Positions 23,421-32,000 of a stretch of DNA of 32,000 nucleotides are shown in pieces. This stretch comes from Methylorubrum extorquens (lineage in GTDB: Bacteria > Pseudomonadota > Alphaproteobacteria > Rhizobiales > Beijerinckiaceae). The translations under genes were made by a program, and so were the position numbers. The notes below the pieces were generated by a model, which saw only the letters and a program-made list of their open reading frames with translations, was not told where the DNA came from and ran no database searches. The DNA is taken from NCBI GenBank assembly GCA_900234795.1, contig LT962688.1, forward strand, positions 2,010,001 through 2,042,000, read 5' to 3'. Each line of letters opens with the position of its first letter. Position 1 is the stretch's first letter.

Positions 23421-23565
23421 ACGCCCAGAGCATCATCTTTTTCCGAAAGCTGGCAGCCACCGTTCGGGATGATGCTCCGGTGGCGCGAGACAGATCGTTA
23501 AGATCCGGTTAACGTCGGCCCCGGCTTTGCACGAGAACGCGTGCGAGGCCGGAGGTTTGACGCGA

Positions 23566-23814
23566 ATGGACCGTTTCGAGACCGATTGTGCCGATCAGGA
23601 CCATGTCGTCCGTCCGGACTCGTCCTCGCGCGCCCTCGTTGCCGATACGCCCAGCGACGCCGGTCCCCGCATCCGGGGCCGCCGCCCGATGGCGGGCTTT
23701 CTGACCCAACTGATCGTCAGCGCCGATCCCGCCTTGCATCCCGCACGCCTCGAACGCACGAAGGCCGCAACCGCGCTCTACGCGCGGAATGCGGCCTTCG
23801 CAAAACCGGCCTGA
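23566..23814 (+). CDS. possible small hypothetical protein (82 aa)
   Basis: ATG 23566 (MDRFETDCADQ...). GC3 is only about 77%. The stop lies in the loop of the hairpin at 23804-23823. Weak support. Confidence 0.3.
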   Translation: MDRFETDCADQDHVVRPDSSSRALVADTPSDAGPRIRGRRPMAGFLTQLIVSADPALHPARLERTKAATALYARNAAFAKPA

Positions 23815-23823
23815 CGGCCGGTT
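23801..23823 (-). terminator. rho-independent terminator downstream of rpmF
   Basis: On the minus strand: AACCGGCC-gtca-GGCCGGTT followed by TTG (run GGTTTTG), 74 nt after the rpmF stop. Confidence 0.55.
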
Positions 23824-23896
23824 CTTCGCATCGCTGGCAGGACACCCGCTGCGCCGCCGCGGCCCGAGAGGGGCGGTCGGCGCTCGGGCGGTCGCC

Positions 23897-24085
23897 TTAC
23901 GCCTCGGCGGACTTCACCTTCAGAACCTGACGGCCGCGGTACATGCCGGTCTTCAGGTCGATGTGGTGCGGACGGCGCAGTTCGCCCGAGTCCTTGTCCT
24001 CGACATAGGTCGGGGCCTTGAGGGCGTCGGCGGAGCGGCGCATGCCGCGACGGGAGGGGGAGGTCTTTCGCTTCGGAACGGCCAT
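23897..24085 (-). CDS. rpmF: 50S ribosomal protein L32 (62 aa)
   Basis: [18 protein letters not shown] is the invariant L32 N-terminus. Confidence 0.95.
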
Positions 24086-24242
24086 GGGAGTGTACCTCAG
24101 GCAAAAAGGGCGCCCAAGGCATCCTCATGTCTGAGGATCGCCGATGGCACCGCGTTGAGTAACGGAGATTCGAGGCGGGCTGTATAACCGCAGGAACGGC
24201 GACTGGCTAGAGTGCCGGTTTCTCTATGGACAGGCCATCGCC

Positions 24243-25139
24243 TCAGGGCGTGACGGGGGCAGCCGAGGCCTCCCGGATCGGGGCGGGCTCGGCGGGCTTG
24301 CGCGCCGCGATGGCGATCGTCGGACGCGGGATCGCCGCGAGCACGGTCTCGGAGGGGCGGCGCGGCGGCAGCGGCACCTCCACGGCGTCCGCGGCGGCCA
24401 TCGTCGGCGCGGCGGACGCCTGCGGGGTGGCGGCTTGCTGGGGAGCGACCTGCGCCGGGATCGGGGCCTGCGGCTGCGAAGCGGTGGGCTGCGCGAGGCT
24501 CGCCACCTGCACGGGCTCGGCGGAGAGAGCAGTTGGCCGGCGCGGCGGCAGCGGCACCTCGACGGCGTCGGTCGGGCCAGGGCCCGGCGCGGCGTAGGCC
24601 AGCGCCTGCTGGGCGCCCACGGCAGGCGTGCTGCCGCGCAGGGCGAACATGCCGTCGAAGCCGTTCGCCGACCGGGCATTCGCGCCGGTGGGCGGCGTGG
24701 CGGTGGCGACGGTCGTCGTGCCCGCGTCATCCGGCTGGGTGGCATCGATGCCGAGGCGCTTGGCAGCGTAGTAGTAGCCGCGATTGTAGTAGCGGTAGGC
24801 CTGCTCCAGGTCGCCCTTGGCGGCGCGGTAGGCGCCGGCGAGATAGGCGATGCCGTATTTCAGGTTGATCTCGGGATTGTAGAGCCCGGCCGCATCGCCG
24901 GTATAGCCGAGGCCGCGGGCGGTGGCGTGCTTGATCTGCATCAGGCCGAGCGCCGAGCCGCCCTTGGCGCGGGCGTTGTAGTTGCTCTCCCGCTTGACCA
25001 CGCGATGGACGAACGCCTCGGGCACCTTGTTGGCCCGGGCCTGCTCGGCGATCAGCGCATCGATGTTGTCCCGTGCCGCCTCCTGGGCGAAGGCCGACGC
25101 CGGGGCGGCGGCAAGAAGGGCGGCGAGGACAAGACGCAT
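24243..25139 (-). CDS. secreted lytic transglycosylase (SLT domain) with Pro/Ala-rich repeat tail (298 aa)
   Basis: Signal peptide MRLVLAALLAAAPASAFA. SLT motifs ESNYN ... GLMQI ... YN. The tail carries DAVEVPLPPRRP twice. Trimmed to ATG 25139. Confidence 0.85.
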   Translation of the reverse strand: MRLVLAALLAAAPASAFAQEAARDNIDALIAEQARANKVPEAFVHRVVKRESNYNARAKGGSALGLMQIKHATARGLGYTGDAAGLYNPEINLKYGIAYLAGAYRAAKGDLEQAYRYYNRGYYYAAKRLGIDATQPDDAGTTTVATATPPTGANARSANGFDGMFALRGSTPAVGAQQALAYAAPGPGPTDAVEVPLPPRRPTALSAEPVQVASLAQPTASQPQAPIPAQVAPQQAATPQASAAPTMAAADAVEVPLPPRRPSETVLAAIPRPTIAIAARKPAEPAPIREASAAPVTP

Positions 25140-25386
25140 GGGGGACCCGGTCGTTTTCGGTGCCGCGCTCCGTCTCCCGTTGGCCGGCGCCCTGCTCTCG
25201 AGAGAGGGCGGGGGCCGCGGGAGCCGGGCGAGGGTCACTCGTTACGGCTCAGTTTGTTTCTCCTGGGTCGGGGCCAAATGAGGCGGGAACGTGGAGTCCG
25301 GGCAAATCCCTGCGGATGACGAGGACTGTGGCGCCGGCCCTGTCGCAGATGGGGCACAGCCCTCCGCCCGGCGGCAGGTGCCGATT

Positions 25387-26190
25387 TCAAGCGTCGCCGA
25401 ACACGAACCGGTTGATCGCGCGGGCGAAACCGTCCTCGTTGTTGCCTGAGGTCACCGCGGAGGCCGCCTGCCGGACCGCGGGGGCGGCGTTGCCCATGGC
25501 GATCGACAATCCGCTCTCCCGGAACAGGGCGATGTCGTTGGCCGCGTCGCCCAGCGTGGCGATTCGCTGCCGCGGGATGCCGAGCTGCCGGCCGAGATCG
25601 GCGACGAAGCTGCCCTTGTCGATGCCGGGCGGCGTCACGTCGAGGTAGTAGGGCTGCGAGCAATGCACGGCGGCCCGCCCCTCCAGCTCCGCCGCGAGCG
25701 CCTCTTCCAGCCGCGCGAGCCCGGCATGATCGCGGCTCACGCCGACGATCTTGGCCGCCCGGGCGAGCAGCGGCGACAGGTCCGGCACGACGCTCGGCTC
25801 GGTCTGCAAGGTGCGGCGCTCGAGATCGGTATAGGGGGCTTGGTCGTCGCGCAGGTTCCAGGCGCCGTCCGCGAACACCCAGAGGTCGATCCCGGCCGCT
25901 TCGAGGCGCGCGGCCGCCGCGCGGGCGACCGATTCGGGGATCAGCCGCTCCGAGATCGGCCGGAGGTCGGGCGTACAGACGGTGCTGCCGTTGAAGGCGC
26001 CCAGCGGCAGCCGCAGGTCGAGCGCCTCGGCGAGATGGCGCAGGCCGACCGGCGGGCGGCTGGAGGCCAGGGTGAAGCCGATCCCGGCGGAGTCGAGCCG
26101 CCGCACCGCCTCGATCGCAGCCGGGGTGAGACGCTTGTCGTCGGTGACGAGCGTTCCGTCGACGTCGGAGACGACGAGGGCGATGGCCAT
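25387..26190 (-). CDS. Cof-type HAD-IIB phosphatase (267 aa)
   Basis: DVDGTL motif I, the lid region, and GDAANDIALF motif IV. Trimmed to ATG 26190. The track ORF fuses it with the upstream gene in another frame. Confidence 0.85.
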   Translation of the reverse strand: MAIALVVSDVDGTLVTDDKRLTPAAIEAVRRLDSAGIGFTLASSRPPVGLRHLAEALDLRLPLGAFNGSTVCTPDLRPISERLIPESVARAAAARLEAAGIDLWVFADGAWNLRDDQAPYTDLERRTLQTEPSVVPDLSPLLARAAKIVGVSRDHAGLARLEEALAAELEGRAAVHCSQPYYLDVTPPGIDKGSFVADLGRQLGIPRQRIATLGDAANDIALFRESGLSIAMGNAAPAVRQAASAVTSGNNEDGFARAINRFVFGDA

Positions 26191-26198
26191 GCTCTCTC

Positions 26199-26741
26199 CT
26201 ATGCGCAGATGTCGCCCGCGGGGATGTCGAGACGGGTGGCGACCGCCGCGACGATGGCGTCGGGCCCCTCCTCGATGCCGACGGTGATCGGATTTTCCTC
26301 CGGGCCGGGTGGTTCGAGGGCGGCGAACTGGCTGTCGAGGAGCGAGGCGGGCATGAAATGGCCGTGCCGTGCCCGGATCCGGTCCTGGATGACTGCCCGG
26401 CTCCCTTCGAGGAAAACGATGCGCACCCGCTGGGGATCGCCGATCAGGGCCCGGCGGTAGGCCCGCTTGAGGGCCGAGCAGGCGACCACAGCATTCTCTC
26501 CGGCCGCGATTCGCGCGTCGATCCAGCCACGGATGCGGCCGAGCCAGGGCTGACGCGCCGCATCGTCGAGCGGGTGCCCGTCCCGCATCCGGGCAATGCT
26601 CTCGGGCGTGTGGAAATCGTCGCCGTCGGCGAAGGTCCAGCCGAGCCGCTCGGCCAGCAGCGCGGCCACCGTGCTCTTGCCGGAGCCCGAGACGCCCATC
26701 ACCACGAGGACGGTCGGGGCGAAGGATCGGGAAGCGGTCAT
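26199..26741 (-). CDS. gntK: gluconokinase (180 aa)
   Basis: P-loop GVSGSGKSTV followed by FADGDDFH and RQPWL, the pattern typical of the GntK/IdnK family. Confidence 0.8.
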   Translation of the reverse strand: MTASRSFAPTVLVVMGVSGSGKSTVAALLAERLGWTFADGDDFHTPESIARMRDGHPLDDAARQPWLGRIRGWIDARIAAGENAVVACSALKRAYRRALIGDPQRVRIVFLEGSRAVIQDRIRARHGHFMPASLLDSQFAALEPPGPEENPITVGIEEGPDAIVAAVATRLDIPAGDICA

Positions 26742-27043
26742 CCAACGCCTTGAAAGAGCGATGTGGGCCTGGGCCGGACGCCCTGCCCCGTCGTGGATCG
26801 GGTGGCGCCGGCTTGGCCGGACGCAGTCAGGTAGCGGACCTTAGCGCCAGGACCATCCTCCGCCCCTTCTCCCCCTGCCCCCGATTCGACCGAGCCTCGC
26901 CTCCGATGAGGGCGGGATCAGTGTGGGCTGCGGGGAAAGGCGGCCCGGTTCGGTGCTCCCCGGCCCGGTGTGGCGGCCTCGCCACGGACAGCTTGGCCTG
27001 TTTCGGCTACCCACCCGATGAGAAAAACCGTCAGGCGGCCTGA

Positions 27044-28210
27044 ATGCGCGCTCTAGCCATTGCTCTCCTCACCGCCACGGCGGTGTCGGGGTGCTCCATC
27101 CTGCCGGCCGCGGGGCCGACGACCTCGGCGATCGAGGGCGGCGCCGACGTCGCCACCGCCGAAGGCCTGTTTGCCCGCTACGAAATCATCGACATCACCC
27201 CTGCGCTCGTCGAGGCCCTGCGCACCCGCCCCCTCGACAGCCTCCTCGTCACCTTCGGTGACAGCCGCCCGGCGCTCGAACCGGTGATCGGCGTCGGCGA
27301 CTACGTGTCGGTGCAGGTCTGGGAAGCCGGTTCCGGTGGCCTGTTCTCCGGCCCGCTCGTCTCCGACCGCTTCTCCGCCGGCTCGAAGTCCGCGATGATC
27401 CCCGAGCAGGTGGTCGGGCCCGATGGCGGCATCACCGTCCCCTATGCCGGACGGATCAAGGTCGTCGGACGCCGCACCCAGGACGTTCAGGCGCTGATCG
27501 AGACCGAACTCGCCGGCAAGGCAATCCAGCCGCAGGTGCTCGTCTCCGTCACCAAACCGATCTCACAATCGGCCACCGTCACCGGCGAAGCGGCCATGGG
27601 CATGCGCGTGCCGCTGTCGGGCCGCGGCGACCGCTTGCTCGACGTCATCGCCCAGGCCGGCGGCGTGCGCACCCCCGTATCCGAGACTTTCGTGCGGCTC
27701 TCGCGCGGCAACCGCACCGTCACCGTGCCGATGACCACGGTGGTCGCCAACCCGCGCGAGAACATCTTCGTGCGGCCGAACGATACGCTGACCCTGGTGC
27801 GCGACCCGCAGACCTTCCTGGCCGTGGGCGCGCTCGGCAACACCACCGAGGTGCCGTTCACGGCGGACGGGCTGACGCTGTCGCAGGCGCTGGCGCGGGC
27901 CTCCGGCCTGCGCGAGTTCCAGGCCGATCCGGCGGGCGTGTTCATCTTCCGCTATGAGCCGGCGGCGGTGGTGCGGCGGCTGCGGCCGAACTCGCCGCTG
28001 CTATCCTCGCCGCAGGTGCCGGTAGTGTACCGGGTGAACCTGCGCGACGCGCAAGGCATGTTCCTGACCCAAAGCTTCCGCATGCGGAACCGCGACCTCG
28101 TCTACGTGTCGAGTTCGCCATTCGCGGAGCTCGGCAAGGTGCTGGGCGTGTTCTCGACCGTGGCCTCGCCCATCGCGGCGGGCGCCTCGATCTACACCGT
28201 CACACGGTGA
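27044..28210 (+). CDS. outer-membrane polysaccharide export (OPX/Wza-like) lipoprotein (388 aa)
   Basis: Lipobox LTATAVSGC. Poly_export-type motif VGDYVSVQVWE. SLBB-like repeats (NDTLTLV, DLVYV). Confidence 0.85.
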   Translation: MRALAIALLTATAVSGCSILPAAGPTTSAIEGGADVATAEGLFARYEIIDITPALVEALRTRPLDSLLVTFGDSRPALEPVIGVGDYVSVQVWEAGSGGLFSGPLVSDRFSAGSKSAMIPEQVVGPDGGITVPYAGRIKVVGRRTQDVQALIETELAGKAIQPQVLVSVTKPISQSATVTGEAAMGMRVPLSGRGDRLLDVIAQAGGVRTPVSETFVRLSRGNRTVTVPMTTVVANPRENIFVRPNDTLTLVRDPQTFLAVGALGNTTEVPFTADGLTLSQALARASGLREFQADPAGVFIFRYEPAAVVRRLRPNSPLLSSPQVPVVYRVNLRDAQGMFLTQSFRMRNRDLVYVSSSPFAELGKVLGVFSTVASPIAAGASIYTVTR

Positions 28211-28914
28211 TCCAGGACGCGGTGGTGTCCGGCGCGGTGACGGGTGGAGCAATCCTCGCGGTCGCGGGATTGGCCCGCGAGGCCCGCATCGCCGCCGGGC
28301 CGGGCGTCGAGACGATCCAGGCCGGCGGCAACCCCGAGCGGTTGCGGGCCGCGCTCGACCGGCGGTCTCCCGATGACCTGCGCGCGGTCGTCAGCTTCGG
28401 AATCGCCGGGGGGCTCGACCCCGCCCTGCGGCCGGGCGACATCGTCATTTGCACATATCTCGACGCGGACCAGCGTTTCCCCGCCGATCCCGAGCTTGTC
28501 CGCCGCCTGTCCGAGCGCCTGACCGGTGCGCCGGATCGTGTCGTCGCGGGCGGCCTCGTGGGCTCCGCGGTCGCGGTCATGACCGTTGCCGACAAGGCGG
28601 CTTTGCATGCGCGCACCGGCGCCCTGGCCGTCGATATGGAATCGCATGTGGCCGCCGCCTACGCTGCCCGCCATGCCCTCCCCTTCGCGGCGATCCGGGT
28701 GGTCTGCGACCCCGCAGGACGCGCCCTGCCCGCCTTCGCGGCCTCGGCCCTGACGCCGGAGGGCGAGCCGGACATCCGGGCGGTGCTCGGCGCGCTGCTG
28801 CGCGGCCGCGCCCGGATCGGCGAGCTGATTCGGCTCGGCCGCGATTCCTCGGCGGCCTTCGCGGCGCTCGCCCGCTGCCGGGCCCGGCTCGGACCGGGTC
28901 TCGGGCTGCTGTAG
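28207..28914 (+). CDS. hpnG: hopanoid-associated nucleosidase/phosphorylase HpnG (235 aa)
   Basis: PNP/UDP-family fold motifs: LAVAGLAREARIA, SFGIAGGLDPALRPGD, AVDMES. Next to hpnH. GTG 28207 forms a GTGA overlap with the export gene; a downstream start is possible. Confidence 0.8.
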   Translation: MIQDAVVSGAVTGGAILAVAGLAREARIAAGPGVETIQAGGNPERLRAALDRRSPDDLRAVVSFGIAGGLDPALRPGDIVICTYLDADQRFPADPELVRRLSERLTGAPDRVVAGGLVGSAVAVMTVADKAALHARTGALAVDMESHVAAAYAARHALPFAAIRVVCDPAGRALPAFAASALTPEGEPDIRAVLGALLRGRARIGELIRLGRDSSAAFAALARCRARLGPGLGLL

Positions 28915-29044
28915 GACCGCCACGCGAGGCGCCCGCCCTTCCCTCTTCCGCGACGGCCGTTCCGCGAGCGGCGCTCATCCGCCACCATGGCTGCGGCGCG
29001 TCCGCTTTCCGCGAGACGAGCGTTTTCCCGCGCGACGCCCTTGA

Positions 29045-29080
29045 AACGAAAAGACCCGCGCGGCCGGTGCCGCGCGGGTC
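29045..29080 (-). terminator. strong rho-independent terminator of hpnH (possibly bidirectional)
   Basis: GACCCGCGCGG-N6-CCGCGCGGGTC, a perfect 11-bp stem. It is followed on the minus strand by TTTTCGTTTC, and on the plus strand by TCTCTT. Confidence 0.75.
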
Positions 29081-29108
29081 TCTCTTGGTAAGCGGGGAAG
29101 CGCGTCGC

Positions 29109-30272
29109 TCAGGCGGCGGTGCGCTTGCGGGCTTCCTGCTTGGTGTCGACGCCCGAGGCTTTGATCTCGGACAGCTTCTGGGCGACGTTGCGGGAGAACA
29201 CGAACTCGGCCGGGCGCTGGTTCTCCAGGGAGATCTCCGGCGCCATGTCGCCCTCGGTCTTGATGCCGCGGATCGCGTGGATCAGCGGCTTCCACGGCTT
29301 CTTGACCGAATCGACCACCGAGGACGCCTCGTAGCCCGAGTGGACCATGCAGTCGGCGCACTTCTCGTAGTTGCCGGTGCCGTAGGAATCCCAGTCGGTC
29401 TCTTCCATCAGCTCCTTGAAGGTCGCCGCGTAGCCCTCGCCGAGCAGGTAGCAGGGCTTCTGCCAGCCGAACACGGTGCGGGTCGGGTTGCCCCACGGGG
29501 TGCAGTGGTAGGTCTGGTTGCCGGCGAGGAAGTCGAGGAACAGGCCCGACTGCTGGAAGGTCCACTTCTCGCGGCCCTTCTCCTTGCCGTGCCGGAACAC
29601 GCCGCGGAACAGGTCCTTGGTCGCCTTGCGGTTGAGAAAGTGCTTCTGGTCCGGCGCGCGCTCGTAGGCGTAGCCGGGCGAGACGGTGATGCCGTCGATG
29701 CCCATGCGGGTCACCGAATCGAAGAAGTCGGCGATCTTGTCCGGCGAGGAATTATTGAAGAAGGTGCAGTTGATGGTGACGCGGAAGCCCATCTCCTTGG
29801 CCTTCGCGATCGCCGCCACCGCCTTGTCGTAGACGCCGCGCTGGCACACCGAGCCGTCGTGCATCTCCTTGTCGCCGTCGAGATGGATCGACCAGGTGAA
29901 GTAGGGGCTCGGCTTGTAGTCCTTGATCTTCTTCTCAAGGAGCAGCGCGTTGGTGCAGACGATCGCGAACTTCTTCTGCGCGATGATGCCCTGCACGATC
30001 TGCGGCAGATCCTTGTGGAGAAGTGGCTCGCCGCCGGCGATCACGACCACCGGTGCACCGCACTCGCGCACGGATTCGAGCGCCTCGTCCACCGGCAGGC
30101 GCTTGTTCAGGATCTCGTCGGGGTAATCGATCTTCCCGCAGCCGGCGCAAGCGAGATTGCAGCGGAACAGCGGCTCCATCATCATGACGAGCGGGTAGCG
30201 CTTCCGCCCCGTGATGTGCTGCTTGAGGATGTAACCGCCGATCTTCGCGACGTACCGTATGGGGATTCCCAA
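29109..30272 (-). CDS. hpnH: adenosyl-hopene transferase, radical SAM (387 aa)
   Basis: CNLACAGCGK radical-SAM cluster motif, and full-length HpnH-like sequence (MGIPIRYVAKIGGYILKQ...). Confidence 0.95.
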   Translation of the reverse strand: MGIPIRYVAKIGGYILKQHITGRKRYPLVMMMEPLFRCNLACAGCGKIDYPDEILNKRLPVDEALESVRECGAPVVVIAGGEPLLHKDLPQIVQGIIAQKKFAIVCTNALLLEKKIKDYKPSPYFTWSIHLDGDKEMHDGSVCQRGVYDKAVAAIAKAKEMGFRVTINCTFFNNSSPDKIADFFDSVTRMGIDGITVSPGYAYERAPDQKHFLNRKATKDLFRGVFRHGKEKGREKWTFQQSGLFLDFLAGNQTYHCTPWGNPTRTVFGWQKPCYLLGEGYAATFKELMEETDWDSYGTGNYEKCADCMVHSGYEASSVVDSVKKPWKPLIHAIRGIKTEGDMAPEISLENQRPAEFVFSRNVAQKLSEIKASGVDTKQEARKRTAA

Positions 30273-30336
30273 GACGCGGCTCCTTGGATGCGCGGGTTCC
30301 GGACTTAGCCGGGCTGCTTAGCGTGAGAAGGACAGA

Positions 30337-30361
30337 AGTTCCAGCGCATTAGGCTGGAACT
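30337..30361. promoter_or_regulatory. hairpin/inverted repeat AGTTCCAGC-N7-GCTGGAACT upstream of hpnH
   Basis: Perfect 9-bp inverted repeat, 65-90 nt upstream of the hpnH start, in an unusually long and relatively AT-rich intergenic region. Confidence 0.3.
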
Positions 30362-31019
30362 GTTCCGAGAGGGCGCGCTTTGAGCGCGATTTCGAGAAAG
30401 TGTGTCGTGCCGGTCTCGCGGCCGAACTGCGGCTTCGGAGATGAAGCCGGTGGTCGCGCGATCCGAACCGGGAATGATCGTCTGATTTCCGCATTCTGCG
30501 GCAGATTTTTGACCGTTCCTCTGCACGGACAGGCCGCAAGGGGCGAAACGGGGCGAAACACGTTCACGATTTCTCGCACGATGTCCCGTGCGGCGTCCGC
30601 TACCCCGTCATGAAGCCGACATCGTTCGGAATGCTTGTGCGAAGCGATATCGTCGCGCAATCCGGTTGCAGTGCGCAATCGCACCGCCGCCGCCGGATCG
30701 GACCGGTTTGCCGGGCCGCGTTGCATTCCCCCGCTGGGACAAGTAGGTAGCGCGCCAACGACACGAATGATCGGCGTGGAGTCTTTATCGAGCTCTTCGC
30801 GCGGTCCGTGTTCGACGGGCAGGGTCCGCCGGCCGTCGGCGCCCCTCCCGGTTTCTCGCTCGCGAGGGCCACGTCCCGCGGGCCAAGACGAGGATCGATT
30901 CGGCGCGTCGCCGCCTGCTGAGGACGCCGCGTCCTGTGTCGCGGGGAGGACGGGACTTCGGCGTCCCGGCCCGTCGTCACGCGGGGACAGGCCGGATCGT
31001 TAGGCAGACAGGGTTTTAC

Positions 31020-32000
31020 GTGATCGAACGTCTCGTCGCGTTTTCCGTCAGGCGCCGCTGGCTGGTACTGGTGGCTGCGGCGCTCCTTACGGTCGCGGGC
31101 GTGGGCGCGGCCGCGCACCTGTTCCGCATCAACACCGATGTCGAGCGGCTGATCGAGCCGAGCGTCTCCTGGCGCAAGGACGAGATCGCCTTCGAGAAGG
31201 CGTTCCCGCAACGCACGAATCTCGTGGCCGCGGTGATCGACGGCGAGACGCCGGAGATCGCCGAGGAGGCCGCCGCACGTTTCGCCGAGGCGCTCAAGGC
31301 GCACCGCTCCGAGATCGAGACGGTGTACCGGCCCGATGGCGGCCCGTTCTTCGACCGCAACGGCCTCCTGCTGATGTCGCAGGAGGAGTTGGAGCAGACC
31401 ACCCAGCGCCTGATCGAGCAGCAGGGCCTTCTCGGGCCGCTGGCGGCCGACCCGTCGCTGCGCGGCGTGATGCGGGTGCTCTCCCTCGGCGTGAAGGGCG
31501 TGAAGAGCGGCGACGCCAAGCTCGAAGACCTCGCCCAGCCGATGGAGCAGATCGACGGGACCCTGCGCAAGGTGCTCGACGGGCAGCGCGCCCGCATGTC
31601 GTGGCAGACCCTGCTCGCGGGCGGGCGCAGCGAGACCACGGACACCCGCAAGTTCGTGATGATCCAGCCGGTGCTCGACTACAACGCCCTGGAGCCGGGC
31701 CGCGAGGCGACCAAGCTGATCCGGCGCCTAGCCGCCGAGCAGAACATCGACGCGGCGCACGGCCTGCGCATCCGCCTGACCGGGCCGGTGGCGGTGGCCG
31801 ACGACGAGTTCGCCACGCTCGCCGACGACGCCTTCCTCAACTACTCGCTGACGACCGCCGCCATCGTCCTGTTCCTGTGGCTGGCTTTGCGCTCCGGACC
31901 CCTCGTGATCTCGGTTCTGATCACGACCTTCGCGGGTCTCGTCGTGACGGCCGCCCTCGGGCTCATCATGGTGGGCGAGCTGAACCCGATCTCGGTGGCC
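31020..32000 (+). CDS. hpnN: hopanoid-associated RND/MMPL transporter HpnN, 3-prime truncated by window edge
   Basis: Not in the ORF track because there is no stop in the window. GTG 31020 is open in frame to base 32000 with very high GC3. It has an N-terminal TM helix (WLVLVAAALLTVAGVGAA), a large periplasmic loop, then TM helices (LTTAAIVLFLWLAL...), as in MMPL/HpnN. Confidence 0.8.
   Translation, partial: MIERLVAFSVRRRWLVLVAAALLTVAGVGAAAHLFRINTDVERLIEPSVSWRKDEIAFEKAFPQRTNLVAAVIDGETPEIAEEAAARFAEALKAHRSEIETVYRPDGGPFFDRNGLLLMSQEELEQTTQRLIEQQGLLGPLAADPSLRGVMRVLSLGVKGVKSGDAKLEDLAQPMEQIDGTLRKVLDGQRARMSWQTLLAGGRSETTDTRKFVMIQPVLDYNALEPGREATKLIRRLAAEQNIDAAHGLRIRLTGPVAVADDEFATLADDAFLNYSLTTAAIVLFLWLALRSGPLVISVLITTFAGLVVTAALGLIMVGELNPISVA

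Noticed and set aside
24224-24745. 173-aa Pro/Arg-rich minus-strand ORF, and plus-strand ORFs 24226-25319
   Set aside because: They are alternative frames of the Pro/Ala-rich tail of the SLT protein. The SLT frame carries the signal peptide and catalytic motifs.
25387-26745. 452-aa minus-strand ORF spanning two genes
   Set aside because: This open frame runs through the gluconokinase gene out of frame. The HAD phosphatase starts at ATG 26190, and the kinase is the separate ORF 26199-26741.
28449-30308. 619-aa plus-strand ORF
   Set aside because: It is antisense to hpnH (unambiguous radical-SAM protein) and out of frame across hpnG. The sequence is low-complexity and R/G/A-rich.
1-32000. CRISPR arrays, rRNA genes, integrase/recombinase other than IS110, reverse transcriptase, toxin-antitoxin pairs, phage structural or conjugation genes
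   Set aside because: I looked for regularly spaced direct repeats and for hallmark motifs on both strands and found none. The repeats seen are short hairpins or codon-level low complexity.

Overview
High-GC (about 68-70%) alphaproteobacterial chromosome segment. Gene content (phaR/phaA/phaB, hpnG/hpnH/hpnN, DUF2218) and composition look Methylobacterium/Rhizobiales-like; that assignment is inference only. All homology calls are by-eye motif recognition, since no searches were possible. The window splits at a tRNA-Gly(GCC) gene (14000-14074, minus). RIGHT of it (14.1-32 kb) is ordinary core genome: NUDIX hydrolase, FAH-family hydrolase, FAD-linked oxidase, DUF2218 protein, M29 aminopeptidase, LpxL-like acyltransferase, the PHB genes phaB-phaA with divergent phaR, rpmF, an SLT lytic transglycosylase, a Cof-type HAD hydrolase, gluconokinase, an OPX polysaccharide-export lipoprotein, and the hopanoid genes hpnG, hpnH and hpnN (3-prime truncated by the window edge). 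LEFT of it (1-13.9 kb) is an accessory region. An IS110-family element (transposase 12711-13640) sits beside the tRNA terminator. Next to it is about 11 kb of ORFans arranged as two inward-facing blocks. Block (i) is a minus-strand six-gene operon (1681-5701) running from a Lon-like AAA+ ATPase that lacks a protease domain to a calcineurin-type metallophosphoesterase. Block (ii) is a plus-strand array of 13 very small genes (6110-10807), most joined by ATGA/GTGA 4-nt overlaps. The two blocks are flanked by two paralogous XRE-like HTH genes (1328-1684 plus, 11316-11678 minus). I see no integrase, capsid, tail or conjugation genes, no CRISPR array and no rRNA. The best candidates for something undescribed are the ATPase-to-phosphoesterase operon and the overlapping small-gene array. 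Two genes in the array carry reading-frame anomalies: an in-frame TAA, and coding signal with no start codon. The region upstream of the IS110 transposase is a candidate bridge-RNA locus.
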